A stretch of 64,000 nt of DNA from a virus. Its lineage: Duplodnaviria; Caudoviricetes. The notes under the pieces are model-generated. The model was not told the origin of the DNA and made no database searches. It was given only the letters and a program-made list of their open reading frames with translations. The translations under genes and the position numbers were made by a program. This document shows, piece by piece, positions 47,501 through 56,063 of the stretch (the stretch's first letter is position 1; every line of letters starts with the position of its first letter). The stretch is taken from the IMG/VR virus record IMGVR_UViG_3300037461_001438, positions 26,477-90,476 of that record. The stretch is one strand, 5' to 3'.

Positions 47501-48420
47501 CGATACTATTATAAATCATCTCGGGCATTTAGAAGGCCAGCGGCTAATCATCTCAATTGCAAATGCCGAAAGGAGGCAACGTGACACCCAAGCAGCGCGC
47601 AAAGAAGATTCATAAGATCATCAAACACCATTATGACCCGCGTGATCATGAGACATCGCTCGTCGACCTGGTCGCCGACGCGATGCATTTCGCGGTTCGA
47701 AACCAGATTTCCATGGACGACGTCAGGAGCCGGGCCATGGTGCACTATGAGGCGGAGGTGAACGGTGAATATTGATCTTTCCAAGATGACCTATAAGGAG
47801 GTCGAGTCCCTTTACCATCGTGTCATAACGGAGTTCAGGGCCAGGCGCCAGCTTGAGGACTCCAGGGCGATGATGGCTTTTTCCAATGGCGACAAGGTCG
47901 AGTTCGATGGCCGGCGTGGTCGGCTGATCACCGGCACCGTCGAGCGCGTCAACCAGAAGACCGTTTCGGTCACAAACTGCTCCGACGGACGATCGTGGCG
48001 CGTCCCGGGGAGCCTGCTGAGGAAGATATGAACCCGGAGGCCTTGAAGAAGCTCGAGCTCGCCCATCAGTATCTCAGGAAAGCGGCTGATATGTGCGCAG
48101 GCCTTGAGGGGGCTCCAGAGGCCACACAAGCCATCGTGGCGGCAATCCAGGGTCATCCATGGTTCAACGGCGAGAACGTGCCGTCCTGCGCCCGCCAGTG
48201 GGTAAAGGACGCGATCTATAACGCCTTTGCCAGGTACACCCCGGAGGCGAACTGTGGCGCCCAGCTCCTCGAGGTCCAAAAGCAGCTCAAGGCGTGCTAT
48301 TTCCCGAGCGGGATGCTCAACGTATTGAGCGCTGTTTCGAGTGGCGAAAAGTACCACGAGGAGGTACGAAATTTGGCCAAAAAGCTCTATGACAAATATT
48401 TGGCCAAAATCGGTCCGTGA
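44520..48420 (+). other. Dense array of about 12 small co-oriented hypothetical genes (e.g. 44707-45060, 45643-46083, 46419-46742, 47765-48031 SH3-like, 48028-48420)
   Basis: Abutting or overlapping ORFs of 60-150 aa, many with Shine-Dalgarno sequences; mosaic GC content. Confidence 0.7.
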
Positions 48421-49260
48421 GTCGTAATGTATGGCAAAACAAAAAAAGGTACCCTAACGGAGTGAGGTGGAGGTACCCTGATGAAACAATGCTTCACTTT
48501 TACTCAAGACAACTTTTTTACAAAAAAAAATAATAAAAACAGGTATTTTAGGATCAATCCCTTAAAAACTCATCAATTACTCAAAAATACTCAGTTAAGG
48601 GCTTAGGCCAGCCTTTGACCCGACTGTGGAATGGGTTAAATTTTTAGATTTTCCCATAAGGGGTTGATTCGCCTGTGGAAACGCGTGAAAGTGTGGGATT
48701 TCTGCACACCACAAGATATAGTATGCCAAAATGGACTACACCATATGTTGTGCTTTTTTTCCTTACCGGCGGTCGGTGTAGTTTGAGGCATTGGCGATAA
48801 CGATTATCCGTTAGAGCTATAAGTGCTTGAATAGATTGGTTCGAGGCTGTTTTGACACTTTTTCGGTTTCTGAATGATATTTGGCGTTTCTCGAAATATG
48901 AGACACTTTTGGGTAGTTTAGGTAATACTTTTTGAGGCGCTGAGTCAAAGTGAGTCGTTCTGAGTCGTTTCTGAGTTTTTTCGTTTCCGAGAAAATACCC
49001 TGTTTTGATGGGGTTGTAAGTAGCTGATTTTATTAGAACCGGATTTTGTGGTTTTTTTCGCCAAATGTTGGTGAAATTCACCGCAGCCCGAGCATCGACC
49101 CGCCCCTGGGGACCCCTGCTTTTTGCGGCGATTTCCAAGCTCATCGAACAGAGTTCAAAGACCATTGTAAAAAGTATTTTGAATCCTGCCTAAAGCCCTC
49201 GATGCGACCAAAAACCACTTTTTAGGTCTTTTTTTGACCCATTTCATATCGTTTTAGGAG
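48421..49260. other. Large non-coding region, candidate replication origin or packaging/terminus region
   Basis: No credible ORF; A-rich left and T-rich right; phased TGAGT repeats in inverted arrays; NrdR-box-like pair. Confidence 0.55.
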
Positions 49261-49266
49261 GATTTC

Positions 49267-49668
49267 ATGTTCTGTGAGTGGAAAACACCAATCGATGCCG
49301 GGGATTTTATCGTGATCGTTCTCGATAGATGCATGATCGAGGACAAAGACGTCGAAATGCAGGCCGTCTACGCCAGCAAAACAGGCAAAAAAGTCTTCGC
49401 GGTCATCGAAAAAGGTGGCCAGCCGGCGGCCTACATGCACGATCTCAAAGGCTTCATGTGGGAGCCGTTCGATCCGGACAGCGCGATGTCGTTCAAGAAG
49501 GCCGTGGCCAAGCTGATTTCCAGGCACAAAGAGGCGATGGAGTTCGAGGCCGGGCCGAAATTCATCTGTTATTTGACGCCCGCCGTGGCGCCGCTGGTCT
49601 TCCGGCAAATCTCACCGCGGGGAAGAAACAAGCAGGAGGGGGCCGCAAGCTCGACGGGGGCTGGGTGA
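49267..49668 (+). CDS. Hypothetical protein, weakly NDT/TIR-like
   Basis: AGGAGG Shine-Dalgarno; DFIVIV...EMQAVYA...GKKVFAV. Confidence 0.55.
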   Translation: MFCEWKTPIDAGDFIVIVLDRCMIEDKDVEMQAVYASKTGKKVFAVIEKGGQPAAYMHDLKGFMWEPFDPDSAMSFKKAVAKLISRHKEAMEFEAGPKFICYLTPAVAPLVFRQISPRGRNKQEGAASSTGAG

Positions 49669-49743
49669 TTCCACGATGCATGGCGGGGCTTACTACTATG
49701 ACGCTTTCGGTACCCCGCCATTGCCATTCGATCTGCGAAGCTC

Positions 49744-49849
49744 CGATTAAAAAGTAATCAGTATGTATTTTCCGAACCTGAACCCTTATTCGCGGTGCGA
49801 CAGCGATGCTGCGACACTGCGATTAAAAAGTGTTCAGGATGTATTTTTG
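49744..49849 (+). repeat. Tandem 29-bp direct repeats, 77 bp apart
   Basis: CGATTAAAAAGTaaTCAGtATGTATTTTT at 49744 and CGATTAAAAAGTgtTCAGgATGTATTTTT at 49821. Confidence 0.85.
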
Positions 49850-49974
49850 TGAATCTGGTTCTTTGTGTGGGCCGGTCATCAGAAGGGAGGTGATGCGAGC
49901 TGACGGCAGCGCAGAGAACGAACTCCGGGTGGGCCGGAGCAATGACAACAGGCATTACGAAACGGGAGGATACG

Positions 49975-50661
49975 ATGAAGAAAGAGATTGAGAGTGTCAA
50001 TCGGTTCAAGCTGGTAGGCAATTTGGACGAGGTGAAAGGCGACAAGGCGATCATCACGACCGTCGTCCCGGGTGTCACGGGTCGGGCTTACACGAACACG
50101 TTCCCGATCGAGGTGAGCACCGAGCAGGCCGAAATGCTGGCCCCGCTCCAGGGAACCACGGTCGGCGTGATCGGTCACGTCGAGAAGACGCTGGAGTCGC
50201 AGACCGCCTGGCTGAAGGCGCTGGAAGTGAAGGCGCTGCCGAACGCGGCGCACTCGAACCGGGCGGAATTCACCGGACCCGTCTACGGCGCCGACATCAT
50301 GGGCCGCACGGACGGAAAACGGCAGATGGCGAACATCACCTTCGTCATCGGCAGCCGGGTCGTGAACGCCGTGTCCTGGCGGGGAGCGGTCACAGAGCTC
50401 CGCCACAAGAACGTGCGCCGCGACTCGATCGTAACGCTCAAAGGCCGGGTTCGCCTGCGCGAGTACGAGCAGAACGGTGAGCTGTATGAGACGATTGAGC
50501 TCACCTGCGACCAATCGGCCGACGTGAAGGTGCATTACGTGCCGGACGACGCGGACGACTTCACCTTCGACGCAGCCGAGAAGCCCGCAGGAACGGCGCC
50601 AACAGCTCCGATTCCAGCCGGCAGAAACCCGAGCCGCCGCAGCAAAGCGCGCGCGGTCTAA
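49975..50661 (+). CDS. Tandem OB-fold SSB/PriB-like protein
   Basis: Two SSB-like halves (NRFKLVGNL...VGVIGHVEK; NRAEFTG...NAVSW...VTLKGRVRLREYEQNG...TIEL); GGGAGG Shine-Dalgarno. Confidence 0.7.
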   Translation: MKKEIESVNRFKLVGNLDEVKGDKAIITTVVPGVTGRAYTNTFPIEVSTEQAEMLAPLQGTTVGVIGHVEKTLESQTAWLKALEVKALPNAAHSNRAEFTGPVYGADIMGRTDGKRQMANITFVIGSRVVNAVSWRGAVTELRHKNVRRDSIVTLKGRVRLREYEQNGELYETIELTCDQSADVKVHYVPDDADDFTFDAAEKPAGTAPTAPIPAGRNPSRRSKARAV

Positions 50662-50747
50662 CCCATGCCCGGCCGGCGGGGACTTCGATGAGGTAGTACG
50701 CCCCGCCGGCCGGCCACACATCCGACATGAAAGGACATTCGAGACAT

Positions 50748-51119
50748 ATGAAAACGAGCGTCGTTTGCGCAATTGGAGTTCTGGCCATTCTCGGTTTTCT
50801 GTTCTGTTCCACCCCCGCCCTCGCCGCCGAGGAGCTGACGGTGAAGGCCGACGGCGTAGAGTTCAAGCTCGACAAGAACGGCAAGGAGTACGGGATCATC
50901 CGGTTTTCGATGGAGCGGAATACCGGCAAGTTGAAATATACCGACAGCGTGATCGCGGTCGTGCCGAGCTGGCAGGCCGATGCGCTGAAGGTGCTGAAGA
51001 GCGTGAAGCCCGGCCAGCAGATCACGATGGCCGGCAACTGGAACACGTTCAACGGCAGTGATAGTTTTAAAGTGAAAGCGGTCGGCATCGACAAGCCGGC
51101 CTCAGCGAAAACGAACTAA
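50748..51119 (+). CDS. Exported protein with OB-like fold
   Basis: Signal peptide ending ALA-AEE; LKSVKPGQQITMAG..NTFNG...VKAV beta pattern. Confidence 0.65.
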   Translation: MKTSVVCAIGVLAILGFLFCSTPALAAEELTVKADGVEFKLDKNGKEYGIIRFSMERNTGKLKYTDSVIAVVPSWQADALKVLKSVKPGQQITMAGNWNTFNGSDSFKVKAVGIDKPASAKTN

Positions 51120-51140
51120 CCGTCAAGCGACACAGCCGGA

Positions 51141-51172
51141 AGCCGGGGGTGCGAGAGCACCTCCGGCTTTTT
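51141..51172 (+). terminator. Intrinsic terminator
   Basis: AGCCGGGGGTGC-GAGA-GCACCTCCGGCT followed by a T run. Confidence 0.7.
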
Positions 51173-51208
51173 GCGTTCCAGGGCAAATCCCAACACAGGA
51201 GGTGTCGC

Positions 51209-51382
51209 ATGATTGGACTCGTGTACCTGGCAAAGGCGCTGACGTTTATCTCGGCAATGATCTTAATCGGGATCCCGATCGCCGTCGCCTGGGCCTCGCT
51301 CAGGGGATCTGTCATCGTCCCGGCAATCACCTGGATGACGATGTTGCTGACGGGGATCCTGTGGACAGGAGGTGCCCTATGA
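51209..51382 (+). CDS. Small two-TM membrane protein
   Basis: AGGAGG Shine-Dalgarno; almost entirely hydrophobic. Confidence 0.65.
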   Translation: MIGLVYLAKALTFISAMILIGIPIAVAWASLRGSVIVPAITWMTMLLTGILWTGGAL

Positions 51383-51789
51383 TGCGCTGGCTCGCGATCA
51401 TAAGTGCGTCGATCTTCATGGCGGCGGTCTTCAGCCTGGTCGACTTCGCCTGGCCGCAGAACGTGCGCTACGAGACATCGCCGTGTCCGGAGATCTTCGA
51501 GGTCGTCAACCACGAGCAAGACCGTGACGGCAACGAAGTCTGGCAGATCCTCGTGACCCCGTACATGCAGGAGAACGGCACCGATTCGATGTGCCTCTAC
51601 TTCGCCCGCTGTGTGGGGAAACTCATCCGGTCTGCCGACGGCATGGGCGCTGTGCAGATCGTCAACCCGGAGAACGAGTGGGTGCCGTCGGCCTGGCGCT
51701 GGATCGAATCAAGCCGGCTCGCCCTGCTCGAAGACGATGAAGATGCGATCGAGTACGTCTTTGGTTACTACGAACATTTCGAAGATTAG
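51379..51789 (+). CDS. Exported or membrane-anchored hypothetical protein
   Basis: AGGAGG Shine-Dalgarno, N-terminal hydrophobic helix. Confidence 0.65.
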   Translation: MMRWLAIISASIFMAAVFSLVDFAWPQNVRYETSPCPEIFEVVNHEQDRDGNEVWQILVTPYMQENGTDSMCLYFARCVGKLIRSADGMGAVQIVNPENEWVPSAWRWIESSRLALLEDDEDAIEYVFGYYEHFED

Positions 51790-51958
51790 CCCCCTGTCCT
51801 TCAGTGCTGCAGCGTCGCATCCGGATGGGGGCATCCTGTACCGTCGGCATAGCCGGGCTCGCGAAAGCGGGCGCCGGCTATCCGTATTTAATGCGAGCCA
51901 TTGAATGCGACAATGCGTAGGGTACGAGGCATTATTACACACACACTCTTCCCATTAT

Positions 51959-52046
51959 ATCAGGGGGGTCAAAGCTGGCGTCAAGAAAAATAGTTCTCAA
52001 ATAAAAGAATTAGAACGATTTTTCTTGACCCCAGCACCCCCCTGAT
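51959..52046. repeat. 88-nt imperfect inverted repeat
   Basis: ATCAGGGGGGT/ACCCCCCTGAT, GCTGG/CCAGC, TCAAGAAAAAT/ATTTTTCTTGA and GTTCT/AGAAC are nested. Confidence 0.9.
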
Positions 52047-52128
52047 TTGTCCCCCCAAAAAAATGTGTGTTGCGGTGGTTGCGATGGGCGCGGCCAACGT
52101 GACATGCGAAGCATCCGAGGAGGACGAT

Positions 52129-53679
52129 ATGCGAAAGTTGTCTGGTGATTATCTGGTTTGGGCGCAGGAGATCGCGGCAATTGCCAAGGGCGAGTTTTCG
52201 GTGAACGAAGCTCCGAGACTCGCCGACCTGACCAAGCGAGGCGAGGACTTCCACTCGCCGATCTGGGAGTTCACCGACAATCGGGTCTACGAAGAGGCGA
52301 TAGAGGAGACGCCGATATGGGAATTCGGCAAGCGGCACTTCGCCAAGGAGCTTGTCCGAAAAGAGTCGATGCAACCGCTCAACGTCGATGTGCCCGACGA
52401 CAAATATCTGTACGAGATGGGTTGTGGGCTGAGGCGCAATGAAAGCCTCGATCATCGGGCCATGGACGATCGTGACTTTCGGGAGCGCTGCATCGTGGTG
52501 AACGGCAGGCTGTATGCCCTCTACGAAAAACGAAAGGTTGACCTGCAACCAAGGTCGGATCTGCGGCAGGAGGTCGTTGCGGGCATGCTGCCGGACGCCA
52601 ACTACGAAGACGTCGATCGGTTCGTGCGCTTCTGCCGGTCGATGCGCTTCTCGCGAAAGACGGTGCTTGCGCTGATTCACGGCTACGTCCGACCCGATGA
52701 AGACGGCACGATCGCCAGGTCATCCGGACTGAAGGCCCTCGATGCCGCCGAGTTCGCGGAGATTGTTGATGAGCTCGAGGCGCAGCAGGCCGAGCTTGCC
52801 GAGTACGACATCCCAGAGCCGGAGACGAACATGCCGCGGACGCTCAATGACGAGCGTGCGTATTGGCACGATGTCGCACTGCGGCTCTACGACCAGGGCA
52901 AGTTCGGCGACGGGTTCCCGGGACTGCTCGCCCAGATCCGCTTCATCGAGACGAACGCGCGGCGGGACTTCGATGAGGGCTACTACGAAGATCCCGCAAG
53001 GACGCCCGATTCGTTCACGATTTACACGACCGAAGAGGGCGTCGAGGACACGGTTCTCGATCCGATGAACGAGGAGGAGGAGCTGCTCGAATGGGATCCC
53101 GAGATGGAGAAGGTCGCGATGGCGATCGACTCGAACGCGTTCGGGGCGCACCCGCTCTACGATGAGACGAGCTGCCTCTCCGATGAGTTCATCAACGAGA
53201 TCAAGGCCGCCGACTGGAAGAGCTTGTCCGAGGTCAAGTCGTTCCTGATGAGCGGCGAGAGCTGGTACCTGACGAGCGACCAACGCAAGATCGCATGGTC
53301 GTTCGTGAAGGGCCGGGAGAACGGGCTGATCGCGGAGTCGATGAAGCGGCCGATCGCACACTTGGTCGGGTCGTACATCACGAAGACCGACGACGCGAAG
53401 CGGGCATGTGCGCTGCTGTTCGCATGGAAGAACGGCGAGCGGTTCGACACCGAGGACACGGTCTTCAAGTTCGACGAGGAACGCTCGCTTGAGGAAGACC
53501 TGGTTGCGGCCTGGACGATCTTCCGCCGGGAGCACCGCGACCATCAGCGTCAGCGCAGAATCGAGAAGGCGAAGGCGAACTTCCGGTTCTTCGCCTACCG
53601 CGACAGGAAGCCGGGCGAGCGAGGCGCACGCCGGGTTGCGGTGCAGCGCGCGACGCCGCTTGAGCTCGAGGCGGCGTGA
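52129..53679 (+). CDS. Acidic hypothetical protein (516 aa)
   Basis: GAGGAGG Shine-Dalgarno, strong codon bias, no motif recognised; ends LELEAA. Confidence 0.75.
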   Translation: MRKLSGDYLVWAQEIAAIAKGEFSVNEAPRLADLTKRGEDFHSPIWEFTDNRVYEEAIEETPIWEFGKRHFAKELVRKESMQPLNVDVPDDKYLYEMGCGLRRNESLDHRAMDDRDFRERCIVVNGRLYALYEKRKVDLQPRSDLRQEVVAGMLPDANYEDVDRFVRFCRSMRFSRKTVLALIHGYVRPDEDGTIARSSGLKALDAAEFAEIVDELEAQQAELAEYDIPEPETNMPRTLNDERAYWHDVALRLYDQGKFGDGFPGLLAQIRFIETNARRDFDEGYYEDPARTPDSFTIYTTEEGVEDTVLDPMNEEEELLEWDPEMEKVAMAIDSNAFGAHPLYDETSCLSDEFINEIKAADWKSLSEVKSFLMSGESWYLTSDQRKIAWSFVKGRENGLIAESMKRPIAHLVGSYITKTDDAKRACALLFAWKNGERFDTEDTVFKFDEERSLEEDLVAAWTIFRREHRDHQRQRRIEKAKANFRFFAYRDRKPGERGARRVAVQRATPLELEAA

Positions 53680-54073
53680 TTCGAAAATGCGGGCCGGTCG
53701 CTCATGCGGAAGGGGCGACCGGCTCGGGGATGGATTCTCCGATCTGCGAACCACGGGGAGGGGAGCAAGCCAGGGAGGGGATTCTCATCGTTGCGATTGG
53801 GGCCCAGGGCTCTCACGGCGAAACCTTACGGTTTCCCTCTTCCCTTATGGGCGCCTTCGGCGGGAAGGCTGCCGCCTTCCCCGGCTACCGCCGGCCCCCC
53901 ACGCTTCGGGCCTAACGGCCCGGCTGTATTATGGCGCGCCTCGCTTCGCTCCGCGCTAAGGCCTGGCGGCCTTAGCCCTGCGGGCGCCACGCACGGCCCT
54001 TCGGGCCGGCTTTCGGCGGCCTGCGGCCGCCGGCAGTTCGCCGCCGCTTCGCTCTGGCCAAGCTGCGTTGTCT

Positions 54074-54249
54074 GGGCTAAGGCAGTCTAAAGCGAAACGG
54101 CCAGACCGAGCCGGTCGGCGAAAGCCGGCCGGCTTCTTCTGGGCCAATCCTGCTTCGCCTGTTGTCGGATTGGCCCGCCAGAAGCCGTCCGTCTTTCTGT
54201 TGTGCCGACCGGCTCGGTCTGGCCGTTTCGCTTTAGACTGCCTTAGCCC
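54074..54249. repeat. 176-nt hairpin with perfect 46-bp arms
   Basis: 54074-54119 is the exact reverse complement of 54204-54249; the spacer also pairs imperfectly. Confidence 0.97.
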
Positions 54250-54706
54250 GCGCCCGGCGGGAAGGCCGAGCGGCGTTAACTGCGGGACTAATGCGGCCAT
54301 GATCGCCAATCACGCGCAGTTGGAACACACTATCAATCCGCGCCTTAAACTTGCGCTCCGGTGTGCCGTCTGGCCGATTGTAAATGTAGCTCGAAAGTCT
54401 TGGACGCAGCACGGACACCCACTGCCCCGGCTTGGGCGGTTGATAGTCCACCGCCGCGCCGCCGTTGTCAGGATCGAACAGCGGCCACTCAGGCGAAAAG
54501 CCCGAAGGATCGCTAATTTCCAGATCAAACCGATGGCCGAGCTTGGTTGTCGCGTTCAAAGCGACAAACACCCTACCGTCCTTTTCACAGCGGCGATACC
54601 CGCCGCCATCTTTGTCGGCCCCTTTGACCTGGAGCGCCAGTTCCACTTCAAACTGCACCGACTTAGCACCAACCACCAGCCCCGCCAGAATCGTGTAAAT
54701 GTCCAT
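54233..54706 (-). CDS. Hypothetical beta-rich, possibly OB-fold ssDNA-binding protein
   Basis: GGAAGGG Shine-Dalgarno, TTGACA upstream on the minus strand; its stop codon lies inside the hairpin arm. Confidence 0.65.
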   Translation of the reverse strand: MDIYTILAGLVVGAKSVQFEVELALQVKGADKDGGGYRRCEKDGRVFVALNATTKLGHRFDLEISDPSGFSPEWPLFDPDNGGAAVDYQPPKPGQWVSVLRPRLSSYIYNRPDGTPERKFKARIDSVFQLRVIGDHGRISPAVNAARPSRRARAKAV

Positions 54707-55042
54707 GTTGCCCTTCCTTCCTGCGCCTTGCGCGCTTTGTGAGATTCGCTGGAGAACCTCCAGCGTTAAGATCATTCTCTCACAGGATGGGGTAAATGTC
54801 AAGCACTATTTCTGGCGTTTTGGGGCGGCCGGCTGGCTCGCCTTCGGCTCGCCACCGGCAAAGAACTTGTGGTACCGGCCTTCGGCCGGTAGGACGGGAC
54901 GGCTTCGAGGCTTTTTCTCTGGTACAAGGTATGTTATCTCTTTTTACATACAGCCAGGGCCCTCACCCCTCCCCGAAAATTTACCATTGCAAAAGGTCCA
55001 CTTAAAATTTATAATTATTTAACTTTACGAGAGGATAAGATT

Positions 55043-55381
55043 ATGAACCTAAAGCTCCCAGTCGTCGCCAAAATGCTCGGCATCCCGCTCCAGACATTCT
55101 ACTCGCTGGTCAAGTCGGGCACAGTCACCCATTACCAGGAGCTCGGCCGCCGCCGGGACCGCTATGCCTTCAGCGTCGACGACGTCGCAGCCTTCCTGCT
55201 GTCGCGCACGCTGGTCGAGGAGTTCGGCTTCGGCCGTCAGATCGCCGCCGATGCCACCGACGAGATTGTGGCGAACGGCAAGTTCGAAAAAGACGGCGTC
55301 ATGATCAAGGCCAACATGGCCCAATTCAAAAAACAGGCTCAAAAATTTTTTGCGGAAGCGAGGGACCCCAACGATGAATGA
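55043..55381 (+). CDS. MerR/Xis-like HTH DNA-binding protein
   Basis: LPVVAKMLGIPLQTFYSLVKSG...YAFS..DV; GAGGA Shine-Dalgarno. Confidence 0.7.
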   Translation: MNLKLPVVAKMLGIPLQTFYSLVKSGTVTHYQELGRRRDRYAFSVDDVAAFLLSRTLVEEFGFGRQIAADATDEIVANGKFEKDGVMIKANMAQFKKQAQKFFAEARDPNDE

Positions 55382-55649
55382 AGAACAAGTCGTGCTCTAC
55401 GACGGCATGAACCCGATCGGTACGATAAAATTTGTTGACAACCTCCGCACCAAAGGGCTACTGCTCTATAGCAGCGTGGTCGGCCTGTGGCAGATCGAAA
55501 ACGGCGATTTTTACATCTGCGAAGAAGATGCCGCCGGCAGGAAACGGGCCAAACTCATCTCAGAGCCTGAAGCCAGATACCACGCCGTCAAAAACATCGA
55601 AGTCTTCAACAGGTTCTTCGGAGAGCTGCCGCAACTGAAATGTGCGTAG
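55374..55649 (+). CDS. Hypothetical protein
   Basis: Coupled to the HTH gene and followed by a terminator. Confidence 0.6.
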   Translation: MNEEQVVLYDGMNPIGTIKFVDNLRTKGLLLYSSVVGLWQIENGDFYICEEDAAGRKRAKLISEPEARYHAVKNIEVFNRFFGELPQLKCA

Positions 55650-55663
55650 GCTCTCTCCTCCCG

Positions 55664-55703
55664 GGCCCGGCCTGCAGCCCACCTGCAGCCGGGCCTTTTT
55701 TTT
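55664..55703 (+). terminator. Intrinsic terminator
   Basis: GGCCCGGC(C)TGCAG / CTGCAGCCGGGCC stem plus 8 T. Confidence 0.8.
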
Positions 55704-55753
55704 CTTGACATCCGCTTAAAAATCTCACAGATAGTAATAAACAGGAGACGACC

Positions 55754-56008
55754 ATGCTCGATCCGGAAGCACTGCTGCGCCATCTGAACTGCGACGTCGA
55801 GATAAATTCATACGACGACGGCTGCGTCACCCTCGAATGCAACACCTGCGGGGCCATCATCCTGTCGACCAAATCAGACCCGATTGAAAAAGAAGAGGAA
55901 ACACCCGAATTCGACGGCTCAAACGGCGACGACAGCGAAATTGTCAACGCCGTCTTTTCAGAAGAGGCCAAGCAGACGAATTCGATCAAGCTCGCCGAAG
56001 GAGCGTAA
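55754..56008 (+). CDS. Small acidic zinc-ribbon-like protein
   Basis: HLNC...ECNTCG; AGGAG Shine-Dalgarno. Confidence 0.6.
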   Translation: MLDPEALLRHLNCDVEINSYDDGCVTLECNTCGAIILSTKSDPIEKEEETPEFDGSNGDDSEIVNAVFSEEAKQTNSIKLAEGA

Positions 56009-56063
56009 AAGACAAAATTATGTAATTAATTGAGTTAATTATAATTCTCATGGGAGGAGAAAA

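Noticed and set aside
54074-54249. Retron msr-msd, protelomerase tel site or MITE
   Set aside because: No RT or protelomerase gene in the window; the element has an 84-nt asymmetric core rather than a perfect palindrome; no target-site duplication seen.
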